NCBI GenBank assembly: GCA_964351495.1
Contig: CAYGOC010000005.1
Location: forward strand, 16,407-80,406
From: an uncultured bacterium
GTDB lineage: Bacteria > Chlamydiota > Chlamydiia > Chlamydiales > SM23-39
DNA: 64,000 nt
Reading direction: 5' to 3'
Part shown: one piece after another, positions 18,982-28,080 of the stretch
Layout: each line of letters starts with the position of its first letter
Position numbering within the stretch: position 1 is the first letter of the stretch
The notes under the pieces: generated by a model
Database searches by the model: none
Told to the model about the DNA's origin: nothing
The model's input: only the letters and a program-made list of their open reading frames with translations
Program-made: the position numbers and the translations under genes

Positions 18982-20091
18982 ATGAAACGTTGGACTGTAC
19001 TTCTTCTTTCCCTTCCTCTTTTATTGAAGGCAGAAGAGGTGAAAATAGAAAAGGAGTTTGCAGATTCTAGCTACTCTTACGAGAAAAAAGGAGAGGATAT
19101 AAGAAGAGGATCTAATTCTCCTTGTAGAGAAATTAATCCTAGCGCTTGGGGATGTCCCGGAAATGAGGGAGTTTCCATAAGAACGGAGTTTCTTTATTGG
19201 AGAGCTTCTGAAGATGATTTGACTTATGCGTTTGTTTCAGAGTCTCCTGTAAATCCGACAGGTGGGTTTACTTCTAATGCGAATATTCGAAATTCTAGAG
19301 GAAAGCTGGTACAGATGAAAACCAATTGGGAGCCTGCTTTTCGTGTCGGAGCCGGTTGGAATACAAACTATGACGGTTGGGATGTGCAAACAATCTATAC
19401 TTGGTATAAAAATAGCTCTAGAGATGAGGTTGCCTCTACTGTATCTGGTGCAACGGGAGGAGTTACCGCGTCTTGGACTGTTCAGTCTTTTTCAGAAGGG
19501 CCGGCAGGAACTTCTGCCAGAGCTTTTTGGAAGTTTCGAATGGATGAGGGAAGCTTAGAGCTTGGAAGGGCTTTTTATACGAGCAGATCTTTTTCTATGA
19601 GACCTTTTTTAGGTGCTAAAATAGATCGTTTAGATAGAAAAACTAGGTTTGAATATTTGGGAAGTATTTCTCAGTCTATTGAGAAGTATATCAATATTAA
19701 CCGTTTTATGGGATACGGACCTCAACTGGGTACAGGAATCAACTTTCACCTTCCTTTTGGTTTAAGTGTAGTGGGAAAGATGAGTTCTTCTCTTCTTTTT
19801 GGAAGAGCTAAACAGGGTATGCAAACTATTGAAGACAACTTCTTAGTAGCTGATAGTAAAACTAGGCCCACTTGGAAGATGATTCCCGAAGCACAGCTCA
19901 GTACAGGATTGAATTGGGGGATGTGTTTTAGCGGTACTACTTACCTTGAACTAGGAGCTTCTTGGGAAGGGACTTGTTTTTGGTCGGTTCCCAGAAATAT
20001 GCCTCAAACACCGGGCGCTATAATCTATGTAAATAGAGAACAGACGCTCTTTTTAAACGGTCTTACACTAAGTGCAAAAATCGATTTTTAA
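18982..20091 (+). CDS. MOMP-like outer-membrane porin
   Basis: Has a signal peptide. EFLYWRASEDDLTYAF, an alternating aromatic beta-strand pattern, a C-terminal F, and several Cys residues. Confidence 0.7.
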   Translation: MKRWTVLLLSLPLLLKAEEVKIEKEFADSSYSYEKKGEDIRRGSNSPCREINPSAWGCPGNEGVSIRTEFLYWRASEDDLTYAFVSESPVNPTGGFTSNANIRNSRGKLVQMKTNWEPAFRVGAGWNTNYDGWDVQTIYTWYKNSSRDEVASTVSGATGGVTASWTVQSFSEGPAGTSARAFWKFRMDEGSLELGRAFYTSRSFSMRPFLGAKIDRLDRKTRFEYLGSISQSIEKYININRFMGYGPQLGTGINFHLPFGLSVVGKMSSSLLFGRAKQGMQTIEDNFLVADSKTRPTWKMIPEAQLSTGLNWGMCFSGTTYLELGASWEGTCFWSVPRNMPQTPGAIIYVNREQTLFLNGLTLSAKIDF

Positions 20092-20111
20092 GCAGTAGTC
20101 TAAGATTGCAA

Positions 20112-20153
20112 GAAAAAAGCCTACCGATCTTTTGATCTGTAGGCTTTTTTTTT
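20112..20153. terminator. bidirectional rho-independent terminator between the porin gene and typA
   Basis: AAAAAAGCCTAC ... GTAGGCTTTTTTTTT stem with an inner GATC/GATC pairing. It has T9 on the + side and T6 on the - side. Confidence 0.6.
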
Positions 20154-21993
20154 ATTTCTTCTTTTTAGAAAAGCGGTTTCTGTCTACTTCCGAAAGATAC
20201 TTTTTTCTTAAGCGGATTACGTCGGGGGTAATTTCGATTAGCTCATCATCATTAATATAGCAAATAGCCTCTTCTAAGTTGAATCTATGGGGAGGTTTTA
20301 GCAAGATATTTTCATCTGAGCCGGCGGCTCTTACGTTAGTAAGCTGTTTTGCTTTGGTAATATTTACCATTAGGTCATTGTCTCTACTATGCTCTCCCAC
20401 TACCATTCCTTCATATACTTCATCACCTGGAGCTTGAAAGAGCCTTCCTCTATCTTCTAGGGTAAAACAAGCATATCCGTTTGCTTTTCCTTTACACATA
20501 GAGATTAAAACCCCTTTTGATCTGGTAGGGATTTCTCCTTTGTACTCTTGGTAGGAGTCGAACATATAGGTCATGATACCAAGACCTCGAGTAGCGGTTA
20601 GAAAATCGCTTCTATAGCCCATAATTCCTCTTGTAGGAATTAAAAACTCAATATGGGATATGTTATGCTCATCTACTTCTAATCGCTGCATTTCCCCTTT
20701 TCTTCTAGATAGGTATTCTATTACAGTGCCAGAGTATTCTTCGGGAACTTCTATATGGACTCTAGAGATAGGTTCTAATTTTTTTCCCATTTCTTCTTTC
20801 AAAATTACTTGCGGTTTAGAAACGCAAAACTCAAAGCCTTCTCTTCTCATCGCTTCTAAAAGGACAGCAAGGTGGAGCTCTCCCCTTCCCGATACGGTAA
20901 TTTTTGATTGATCTTGATCCGATTCTGTAATCAGATAGGTAAGATTTGCTTTTTTTTCTGTTAGAAGACGTTCTCTAATTTTATTCATAGTAACGTGCTT
21001 TCCACTCTTCCCGACAAAAGGACCGTCATTGACTAAGATGTCAATCGATACAGTAGGTTCTTCTACTTCAATAGAAGGTAAGATACGTACCTTTTCTGTG
21101 TCAGATAAGGTATCACCAATCATAGCATCTAAGGCTCCTGAAATAAGGACAATATCGCCAGCTCCTGCCTCTTCCATCGGGACTTTTTCCAATCCTAAAA
21201 AGCCGTCAATCTTGGTAACTTGAATTTTTGTAATGGTTTCTTCTTTGTTGATATGAGCTAAGGTCATTCCTTTTTTTACCGTTCCATCTAAGATGCGTCC
21301 GCATACCTGTCTTCCTAAAAAGTCATCATGGTAGACAGTGGCTGCTTGCATGAGAAAAGGGCTTTTTAAGTCTCCTTCCGGAGAGGGCACTTTAGCTAAG
21401 ACTAGCTCAAATAAGGGGGCCATATCTTTTCTTTCATCTTTTAGTTCTTTTATGGCGAATCCTTGTAAAGCAGAAGCATAACAGTAAGAAAAATCGAGCT
21501 GTTTATCTTGGGCTCCAAGCTCTACAAAAAGATCAAATGTTTCATTTAAGACTCTATCAGGATCTGCATTAGGCCTGTCTACTTTGTTAATGACTACAAT
21601 AGGGCAAAGACCCATCTTGAGCGCTTTAGAAAGGACGAATCTAGTTTGCGGCATGGGGCCGTCTTGAGCATCTACAATTAAAAGAACGGAATTGACCATC
21701 CCTAAAGTTCTTTCTACCTCTCCGGCAAAGTCAGCATGACCTGGGGTGTCTATGATATTGATTTTATAATCGTTGTAGTAAACGGAGGTGTGTTTGGCAA
21801 AGATGGTGATTCCTCTTTCCTGCTCTTGGTCGTAGGAGTCCATAATTCTTTCAGGAACCACTTGGTGTTTTTGAAAGACATTTGCTTGTTTTAACAGTTC
21901 GTTTAAAAGGGTTGTTTTTCCATGGTCGATGTGAGCGATAATGGCAATATTTCTAATTTTTTCTGGGTTGAATAGTTTTTTGGGTAAAGACAT
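20152..21993 (-). CDS. typA: translational GTPase TypA/BipA
   Basis: IRNIAIIAHIDHGKTTL, DTPGHADF and NKVD. The 613-aa length and EF-G-like domain order also fit. Confidence 0.9.
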   Translation of the reverse strand: MSLPKKLFNPEKIRNIAIIAHIDHGKTTLLNELLKQANVFQKHQVVPERIMDSYDQEQERGITIFAKHTSVYYNDYKINIIDTPGHADFAGEVERTLGMVNSVLLIVDAQDGPMPQTRFVLSKALKMGLCPIVVINKVDRPNADPDRVLNETFDLFVELGAQDKQLDFSYCYASALQGFAIKELKDERKDMAPLFELVLAKVPSPEGDLKSPFLMQAATVYHDDFLGRQVCGRILDGTVKKGMTLAHINKEETITKIQVTKIDGFLGLEKVPMEEAGAGDIVLISGALDAMIGDTLSDTEKVRILPSIEVEEPTVSIDILVNDGPFVGKSGKHVTMNKIRERLLTEKKANLTYLITESDQDQSKITVSGRGELHLAVLLEAMRREGFEFCVSKPQVILKEEMGKKLEPISRVHIEVPEEYSGTVIEYLSRRKGEMQRLEVDEHNISHIEFLIPTRGIMGYRSDFLTATRGLGIMTYMFDSYQEYKGEIPTRSKGVLISMCKGKANGYACFTLEDRGRLFQAPGDEVYEGMVVGEHSRDNDLMVNITKAKQLTNVRAAGSDENILLKPPHRFNLEEAICYINDDELIEITPDVIRLRKKYLSEVDRNRFSKKKK

Positions 21994-22156
21994 AGCGTTC
22001 TCTTTTTAAAGGTAAATTTTCTCAAGGTAGTAGATTCATTTTATCTGAAAGGGGAGTTTTCTTCTCTTTTTTTCCTAAAGGGTGAGGGTAAAAATGGGGT
22101 TTTGAACTTAAGTAGAAGTTTTTTTTAGAAATAGCAAAAAATTTAATTGAACTCTT

Positions 22157-22522
22157 TTAAAGAGATAGAAGCCATTTCCAAATAGGGAGAACCGTAATCT
22201 GAAAATTTTCTATGTGGAGGGTCTCTTGTTCATTTTCTGTAAGTATAAGTCCTTCTTTTAGGTTATAGGTTTTCATAGCTTCAATTAGCCCCTCTAATTC
22301 TCTTTTTTTTGTCTCCTCATTAGAAAGGTGCATTGTTACTTGAATGGCTTGGGTAATTTGATTTTTTTCTCTTAAGAGAAAGTCACATTCTTTTTTTTCT
22401 TTTAACCCAATTATACCAAAAAATCGTGCTCTGTCAACACACGGTTTAGGTAAAAATCGTGCATTACTATTGCATGGTTTTAAGATAAACCATGTAATAT
22501 GAATACATGGTTTTTTAACCAA
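22157..22522 (-). pseudogene. remnant of an AAA+ ATPase with DUF4143-type C-terminus
   Basis: Only the last ~75 aa look like the family tail (ECDFLL...AIQVT...ITVLPIWKWLL); full-length members are ~400 aa. The N-terminal 36 aa are encoded by a degenerate 33-bp repeat. Confidence 0.45.
22415..22513. repeat. degenerate 33-bp tandem repeat x3
   Basis: Units are 22415-22447, 22448-22480 and 22481-22513. Hand alignment gives 21/33 and 20/33 identities between neighbours. Shared cores are AAAAATCGTGC and CA(C/T)GGTTT, seen as KPC-N8 x3 in the minus-strand translation. Confidence 0.5.
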
Positions 22523-22599
22523 TTAAATTAAAAAGAGTTAAGTTTTGATAATTGTGTTACAGAAAAACCTTAAGGTCTGTTTTTGAGGCATGGACAAGG

Positions 22600-23103
22600 C
22601 TACCTCAAGATCATTATTTTCTTTGTGACAAGTTCTGAATTGGGGACTACAAGAGTCTCTTTTTTTTCGTTTTCCAAGATAGAGTTCATGAGAAAAATTT
22701 CTTGAATTATCCCCTCGAACTGATTTTCAAGCCGAACTTTTTGTCCTACTTTTAAGTTTCTAGAGGTAAGAAGGAAAAACCCACAGACAATATTGTGAAA
22801 AAGAGATTGAAGGCTAATCCCTACCCACACTAAAACAGCCCCTAGAAAAAGAGAAAGTAGGGTTAGATCAAACCCCAATCCTTGGAAGATAAAGATGCAA
22901 GCTATAAGGAAGAAAAAATACCGTAAAAATTTTTGCAGGACATAAAAAGTGCTTTTAGAAATGTTCTTTTCTTGTTTTTTTAAAATTTTATGGACTGCTT
23001 TATACAGGACAAAGGAGAGAATAAGCCAAAAAAAGGCTTTCAAAAAAAGAGATGGGTTAAAAACAGGCAGTGGCAATGGTTCTTGTAAAAAAGAATAAAA
23101 CAT
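22600..23103 (-). CDS. MscS-like mechanosensitive channel protein, apparently C-terminally truncated
   Basis: TM helices followed by the beta-domain start ([22 protein letters not shown]...[13 protein letters not shown]). It ends at 167 aa, without the usual C-terminal alpha/beta domain. Confidence 0.5.
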   Translation of the reverse strand: MFYSFLQEPLPLPVFNPSLFLKAFFWLILSFVLYKAVHKILKKQEKNISKSTFYVLQKFLRYFFFLIACIFIFQGLGFDLTLLSLFLGAVLVWVGISLQSLFHNIVCGFFLLTSRNLKVGQKVRLENQFEGIIQEIFLMNSILENEKKETLVVPNSELVTKKIMILR

Positions 23104-23149
23104 AAAACCCCCTCTTCAGAAAAACCCTTTTTTGTACTATACTACGCTT

Positions 23150-25138
23150 ATGCCATTTTCTCTAAAGTCTTCTTTTACTCCTTGTGGAGACCAACCCGAA
23201 GCGATTGAAAAGCTAGTAAAAGGAGCTTTAGAAAATCGAAAAGCCCAAGTTCTTTTGGGGATCACCGGTTCCGGAAAAACCTTTACGATGGCCAATATTA
23301 TTCAAAAAGTGCAAAGACCTACTTTGGTTTTAGCTCATAATAAAACTTTAGCGGCGCAGCTTTACCAGGAGTTTAAGGGCTTTTTTCCGGAAAATGCGGT
23401 GGAATACTTTGTCTCTTATTATGACTACTATCAGCCGGAAGCCTACATAGCTAGAACCGACACCTATATTGAAAAGGATATGGCTATTAATGAAAGAATA
23501 GAAAGGATGCGCCTTTCTGCTACGAGATCTTTATTGGAAAGAGATGATGTGATCATTGTAGCTTCTATTTCTTGTATCTATGGTTTGGGGGTTCCCGAGT
23601 ATTATTCTCAAATGCAGCTCGCTTTAAAACCGGGGCAAACGGTTTCTAGAGAAGAGCTTTTATTTCATTTGGTAGAGATGCATTACACCAGAAATGATTA
23701 TGAGCTCTCTAGGGGAAATTTCCGAGTAAGAGGAGAGGTATTGGATATAGTTCCTGCATACGAAGAAGATATAGCCTATAGAATCCAGTTTTTTGGAGAT
23801 GAAGTAGAGCTTTTAAGCCAAATAGATCCGTTAACAGGAAAACAAATCCGAAAATTAGAAGGGCTGGTTATTTATCCGGGCTCTCACTACGTCACACCAG
23901 AAGAGGTAAGGCATGAAGCTATCTCTACTATAAAAGAGGAGTTGCAAGAAAGGGCGCTGTTTTTTGAAAAAGAGGGCAAGCTGTTAGAAAAGCAAAGAAT
24001 TTTGGAGAGAACCAAGCATGATTTAATCATGATTCGAGAAATTGGATTTTGCAAGGGGATAGAAAACTATTCTAGACATTTTTCTAAAAGAAAGGAAGGA
24101 AGCCCTCCCCCCTGTCTTTTAGAATATTTTCCGGAAGACTTTTTGTTTTTTATAGATGAATCTCACCAAAGCCTTCCTCAAATGCATGCGATGTATAATG
24201 GAGATCGTTCTAGAAAATCTTCTTTAGTAGAGTTTGGGTTTCGACTCCCCTCTGCTTTAGACAATAGACCTTTAAAATTTGAAGAAGCATACGCCCACTT
24301 TCATAGAGTTATCTATGTTTCTGCTACGCCGGGGGTTTGGGAGCTTCAAGAGGCAAAAGGGGAAGTAGTAGAGCAGATAATCCGTCCTACCGGTCTTTTA
24401 GATCCTGAAATAGAGATAAGGCCCCTTTCTTCTCAGGTAGAAGATGCATTAGAGGAGATCCAAAAAGAGGTAGAAGAGGGAAGAAGAGTTTTGGTAACTA
24501 CCCTTACAAAAAAGCTGGCAGAAGACTTAGCAAAATACCTATCGGATTTGCAGGTAAAAGCAAAATATATGCACTCTGATGTGGATACCTTAGAGAGGAT
24601 GCGTATTCTAAAAGAGCTAAGGCAAGGAGGATTTGATGTATTGGTGGGAATCAACTTATTAAGAGAGGGGCTGGATATCCCAGAGGTTTCTTTGGTCTTG
24701 ATTTTAGATGCAGACAAAGAGGGATTTTTGCGAAGTGAAACGGCTCTTATCCAAACCTGTGGAAGGGCGGCCCGAAATGATAAGGGAAGGGTAATTATGT
24801 ATGCAGACAAAAGAACAAGATCAATAGAGAGATGTTTAGAAATTACCGAAGAGAGAAGAAAAAAACAGATAGAGCATAATACAAAGCATGGCATTACCCC
24901 AAAAACCATTTCTAAGAGTATAGCCGAGTCTTTGGAAGAAACTTTTGGAATTCAAGAGACAGCCCCAAGTAAAACAGCTTTACATTTAGAAGAGTTTTCT
25001 AAAGAGATGTTAGAAAAAAAGATTCAAGAATGTGAAGAGCAAATGAAGCAAGCGGCGAAAGAGAAGCGATTTGAAGAAGCAGCTCATTTTCGGGATTTGA
25101 TGCGGTTTTATCAGAAAAGAGAGATGGAAATTCTATAG
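23150..25138 (+). CDS. uvrB: excinuclease ABC subunit B
   Basis: [23 protein letters not shown], the DESH box (FIDESHQ) and a C-terminal UVR domain ([10 protein letters not shown]). I prefer the ATG at 23150 over the TTG at 23132. Confidence 0.95.
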   Translation: MPFSLKSSFTPCGDQPEAIEKLVKGALENRKAQVLLGITGSGKTFTMANIIQKVQRPTLVLAHNKTLAAQLYQEFKGFFPENAVEYFVSYYDYYQPEAYIARTDTYIEKDMAINERIERMRLSATRSLLERDDVIIVASISCIYGLGVPEYYSQMQLALKPGQTVSREELLFHLVEMHYTRNDYELSRGNFRVRGEVLDIVPAYEEDIAYRIQFFGDEVELLSQIDPLTGKQIRKLEGLVIYPGSHYVTPEEVRHEAISTIKEELQERALFFEKEGKLLEKQRILERTKHDLIMIREIGFCKGIENYSRHFSKRKEGSPPPCLLEYFPEDFLFFIDESHQSLPQMHAMYNGDRSRKSSLVEFGFRLPSALDNRPLKFEEAYAHFHRVIYVSATPGVWELQEAKGEVVEQIIRPTGLLDPEIEIRPLSSQVEDALEEIQKEVEEGRRVLVTTLTKKLAEDLAKYLSDLQVKAKYMHSDVDTLERMRILKELRQGGFDVLVGINLLREGLDIPEVSLVLILDADKEGFLRSETALIQTCGRAARNDKGRVIMYADKRTRSIERCLEITEERRKKQIEHNTKHGITPKTISKSIAESLEETFGIQETAPSKTALHLEEFSKEMLEKKIQECEEQMKQAAKEKRFEEAAHFRDLMRFYQKREMEIL

Positions 25139-25168
25139 GAAAAAGAGAGGTTTTGCTATTTTTGTTTC

Positions 25169-26977
25169 ATGCGCTTTTTTAAAACACCCTTTTTCCAAAT
25201 TCTTATACAAGACAAGAAAAAAAACGGAGTTCTTTTTTTTTCTTTTTTTTCCTTGCACTTTTTGGCTGCTCTTTTAGAGGGAGCTTCTTTTACATTTATT
25301 GTTTTAGCTTTAAGCTCTTTAGAAAAAGAAGTAACGACTTTTCTCCCCTTTAAAGTAGGCGCATTTTTCCCTTTTTTACAAAAACTCAACCACACAGAAG
25401 CATTTCGGTTTTTTACTATCCTGGCTATTTTTTTTCAGATTCTACGAAGCTCTTTTTCTTTTTTTGGGCAGCTTTGTCTTACTAAGTTAAGTATAAAAGT
25501 GCAGTGTGATGTACAGAAGAAGATTTATGAGCAGATTTTTCATTTTAGCTTTTCTCAGGTGAGCAAATATAAAATTGGGGACCTAGTGGAGTATACCTCT
25601 TCTCCTTCTAATATGATCCCCCATTTTACGGAAGCGTGTAATCAAGTATTGATTTCTTTTTTTACAGCGTTAGTTCTTTCTTTTTTACTTTTTTCCCTCT
25701 CTTTTTCCTTGACCTGTATTATTTTTTTCTCTTTCGCCCTCCTTTTTTGGGTGCAAAAAAAAGTAGTAAAAAAGGTTTCTAACACTTCGCAAAAGTTAAT
25801 TAGGCTCCAGGCTGATTTTACTAAAAATGCGGTTCAAAATTTGCAAGCTTTAAGGCTTATTTTCACATTCAACCGTCATAAAAAAGCGAGAGAAAATATT
25901 TACGAAAGTATTTTTCATATTGGCAAGGTAACGAAAAAGCAGACTCTTTTGGTGCAATCTTTATCTCCTTTCAACGAGATGATGGGAGTTGTTTTAGTGG
26001 GCGTGTGTCTTTTGACGGGTCCCTTTTTTTTATCGGAAAACAACACGCTAGCCATTTTACTTTCTTTTTTAAGTATAACGTACAGACTGAGTTCCAGAGC
26101 GCAAATTCTGGCAAATTATGCAGCTAATTTAGCCAAGCATACAGGTTTTATAGGAAGGGTGAATGAGATCTTAAAAAAAGAAGATAAGGAATTTTCAATA
26201 GAAAAACAGGGGATTCATTTTCCTTTTACAAAAAGTCTCTCTTTTAAAAACGTCTTTTTGCACTACGAAGAAAATAAAAGAGCTGTTTTACAAAATCTTT
26301 CTTTTTCTGTGAAAAAAGGAGAGACTTTAGCCTTAGCGGGGCCTTCGGGTGCAGGAAAGTCTTCTCTTTTAGATTTGATTATTCGTCTTTATAGGCCTTC
26401 TTCTGGGGAGATCCTAGTGGATGGCAGATCTTTAGAGGAACAAGATATCGGTTCTTGGAGAGATAGCTTAGGAGTTGTAAGCCAGGACACCTTTATTTTT
26501 AATGAAACCATTGAAAAAAACATCTTATTTGGGAAGTTAACGGCTACTAAAGAAGAAGTACAGGAAGCTGCAAAAATAGCAGGGGCCTTAGGGTTTGTTG
26601 AGAGACTTCCCAATAAGTGGGAGACAGTTTTAGGAGAGAGAGGTTATCGTCTTTCCGGGGGAGAAAGGCAAAGAATTGCTTTAGCAAGAGCTCTTTTGCG
26701 CAAACCTGAGATTTTAATTTTAGATGAAGCTACGAGTAATTTGGATAGCTATTCAGAGCATCTAATTCAAGAGGCTTTAGAAAAATTTCAGCATAAGATT
26801 ACGTTAATCATAGTAGCACATAGACTATCTACTATTACGAAAGCAGATCAGATCCTTTTTTTAGAAGAAGGCTCTGTTGTAGAACGAGGAACGCATGAAG
26901 AGCTGTTACAGAAAAAGGGAAGGTACGCTCTTTTCTGGGAGATTCAATCTACAAGTCTAGCTTCTACTTCTTTATAA
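25169..26977 (+). CDS. ABC exporter, fused TMD-NBD half-transporter (MsbA / PglK-like lipid or lipid-linked-glycan flippase)
   Basis: Six-TM N-terminal half. Walker A GPSGAGKSS, signature LSGGERQRIALARAL, Walker B ILILDEATSNLD. Confidence 0.85.
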   Translation: MRFFKTPFFQILIQDKKKNGVLFFSFFSLHFLAALLEGASFTFIVLALSSLEKEVTTFLPFKVGAFFPFLQKLNHTEAFRFFTILAIFFQILRSSFSFFGQLCLTKLSIKVQCDVQKKIYEQIFHFSFSQVSKYKIGDLVEYTSSPSNMIPHFTEACNQVLISFFTALVLSFLLFSLSFSLTCIIFFSFALLFWVQKKVVKKVSNTSQKLIRLQADFTKNAVQNLQALRLIFTFNRHKKARENIYESIFHIGKVTKKQTLLVQSLSPFNEMMGVVLVGVCLLTGPFFLSENNTLAILLSFLSITYRLSSRAQILANYAANLAKHTGFIGRVNEILKKEDKEFSIEKQGIHFPFTKSLSFKNVFLHYEENKRAVLQNLSFSVKKGETLALAGPSGAGKSSLLDLIIRLYRPSSGEILVDGRSLEEQDIGSWRDSLGVVSQDTFIFNETIEKNILFGKLTATKEEVQEAAKIAGALGFVERLPNKWETVLGERGYRLSGGERQRIALARALLRKPEILILDEATSNLDSYSEHLIQEALEKFQHKITLIIVAHRLSTITKADQILFLEEGSVVERGTHEELLQKKGRYALFWEIQSTSLASTSL

Positions 26978-28068
26978 AAGCTTTTTTGTAAACAAGAGGC
27001 AAAAGAAGGGATAGAGTGGTAGTTTTCATACAGCTTTTGTGCTTTTTGTAGTCTTACAAGAAGGGACTCATTTTTAGAAAGAGTTTCTATTTGGGATAAG
27101 ATCTCTTTATTCCAATCTATAATCACCTCTGAAATACCGAGTTTTTTTGCTTCAAAGGCAAGCCAACTTCCCTCTTTGATTACAGGAATTTTTCCTGCAA
27201 TGATAGATTCTACAAAAATACCGGAGGTTCCCTCTTTGTAGACTGTAGGATCGTAAGGAAGGAGAATAAAAGAAGATTCCTGTAAAAAGCTAGAAAACTC
27301 CTCTCTTGTAAGCTCCTCTTGTATAAACTGACAAAAAGGGTAGCTTTCTTTACAAAGAAAAGGCTTGGCGGTCTCTGCGACAAGGAGCTTCAAAGAACTT
27401 TTTTTTTGCAGAAGCTCCAAGGAGAGCTGCTGAATTTCAAAAAGCCCTTTTTCTTTTCGTATAGAGCCTCCGGGCCACCATAAAAAGGAAGATCTCTTTT
27501 TAGAGGTAAAATGAGTATTTCCATGAGGTATGGGAAGAACGGTAACAGGTATTTTAAAATGAGGTTCTTGCCCTTTTTGCAAAAGTTCACTATCGGAAAA
27601 AAGTTGAAAGTTTTTTTCCCCAAGGCGAAACCGGAATAAAAAATGAAGTAAGGTATAGAAGTGCTTCTTCTTTCCCCGGTATACATAGCGGTGTAAAATC
27701 CAAAGTCGTAATTTTTTTCTAGAGAAAAAAAGGGCAAAAAAGAGAGAGGCCATATGAAACACTTCAAAGTGTTCTAAGAAAAAAATAGAATAGGGAGGCA
27801 TTTTGTGAATCTCTTTTTTTAAAGAGAAAAAGTGACGAAAGAATAGGGAGATCTTTTTTTTTGAGGTTTTCTTTTTTTTCCAGGAATCTTCAGGAAGAAC
27901 TCTTTTCCAATTTTGGGTAAGGGATAGAGGGGTGTTTTGGGGAACTAAGGCTATATAGTCCCATTGTAGACTTTTTACTGCTTTTTCCACGGCTATATGG
28001 TAAGTATATACGTGTCCTACTTGGTCGTGGAGTAGAGGAAGAAAAGCGTAAAAATGATTTTTTCCCAT
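26944..28068 (-). CDS. putative GT-B fold glycosyltransferase
   Basis: The C-terminal region ILLPYDPTVYKEGTSGIFVESIIAGKIPVI resembles the E-x7-E region of GT1/GT4 enzymes. The N-terminal half was not recognised. Confidence 0.5.
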   Translation of the reverse strand: MGKNHFYAFLPLLHDQVGHVYTYHIAVEKAVKSLQWDYIALVPQNTPLSLTQNWKRVLPEDSWKKKKTSKKKISLFFRHFFSLKKEIHKMPPYSIFFLEHFEVFHMASLFFALFFSRKKLRLWILHRYVYRGKKKHFYTLLHFLFRFRLGEKNFQLFSDSELLQKGQEPHFKIPVTVLPIPHGNTHFTSKKRSSFLWWPGGSIRKEKGLFEIQQLSLELLQKKSSLKLLVAETAKPFLCKESYPFCQFIQEELTREEFSSFLQESSFILLPYDPTVYKEGTSGIFVESIIAGKIPVIKEGSWLAFEAKKLGISEVIIDWNKEILSQIETLSKNESLLVRLQKAQKLYENYHSIPSFASCLQKSFYKEVEARLVD

Positions 28069-28080
28069 AAGAATTAGTTA

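Noticed and set aside
24433-24909. 158-aa minus-strand ORF inside uvrB. Many similar short ORFs fall in the same class: 1914..2312, 2440..2742, 4716..4898, 5463..5708, 5990..6229, 9092..9313, 12147..12766, 14178..14393, 14930..15184, 15723..15941, 16432..16980, 18400..18795, 19343..19558, 20660..21223, 25156..25395, 26389..26613, 27390..27767, 27890..28090, 29279..29530, 31681..31869, 32778..33074, 35542..35808, 36081..36695, 36876..37229, 38340..38657, 39337..39699, 40206..40439, 43339..43614, 45559..45765, 46759..47106, 47878..48357, 48927..49133, 49149..49382, 49671..49931, 50049..50234, 50679..51118, 55008..55453, 59950..60132, 60826..61188
   Set aside because: All are antisense or out of frame within longer ORFs that carry recognisable family motifs, and none has features of its own.
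27854-27862. Homopolymer tracts as possible phase-variation switches: T9 here in the GT-B gene, T9 at 25233-25241 in the ABC gene, T9 at 60625-60633 in the FkbM gene, and G6 at 10074-10079
   Set aside because: Runs of 8-9 A/T occur throughout this AT-rich window, including in housekeeping genes and intergenic DNA. No tract is longer than 9, and there are no poly-G/C tracts of phase-variable length.
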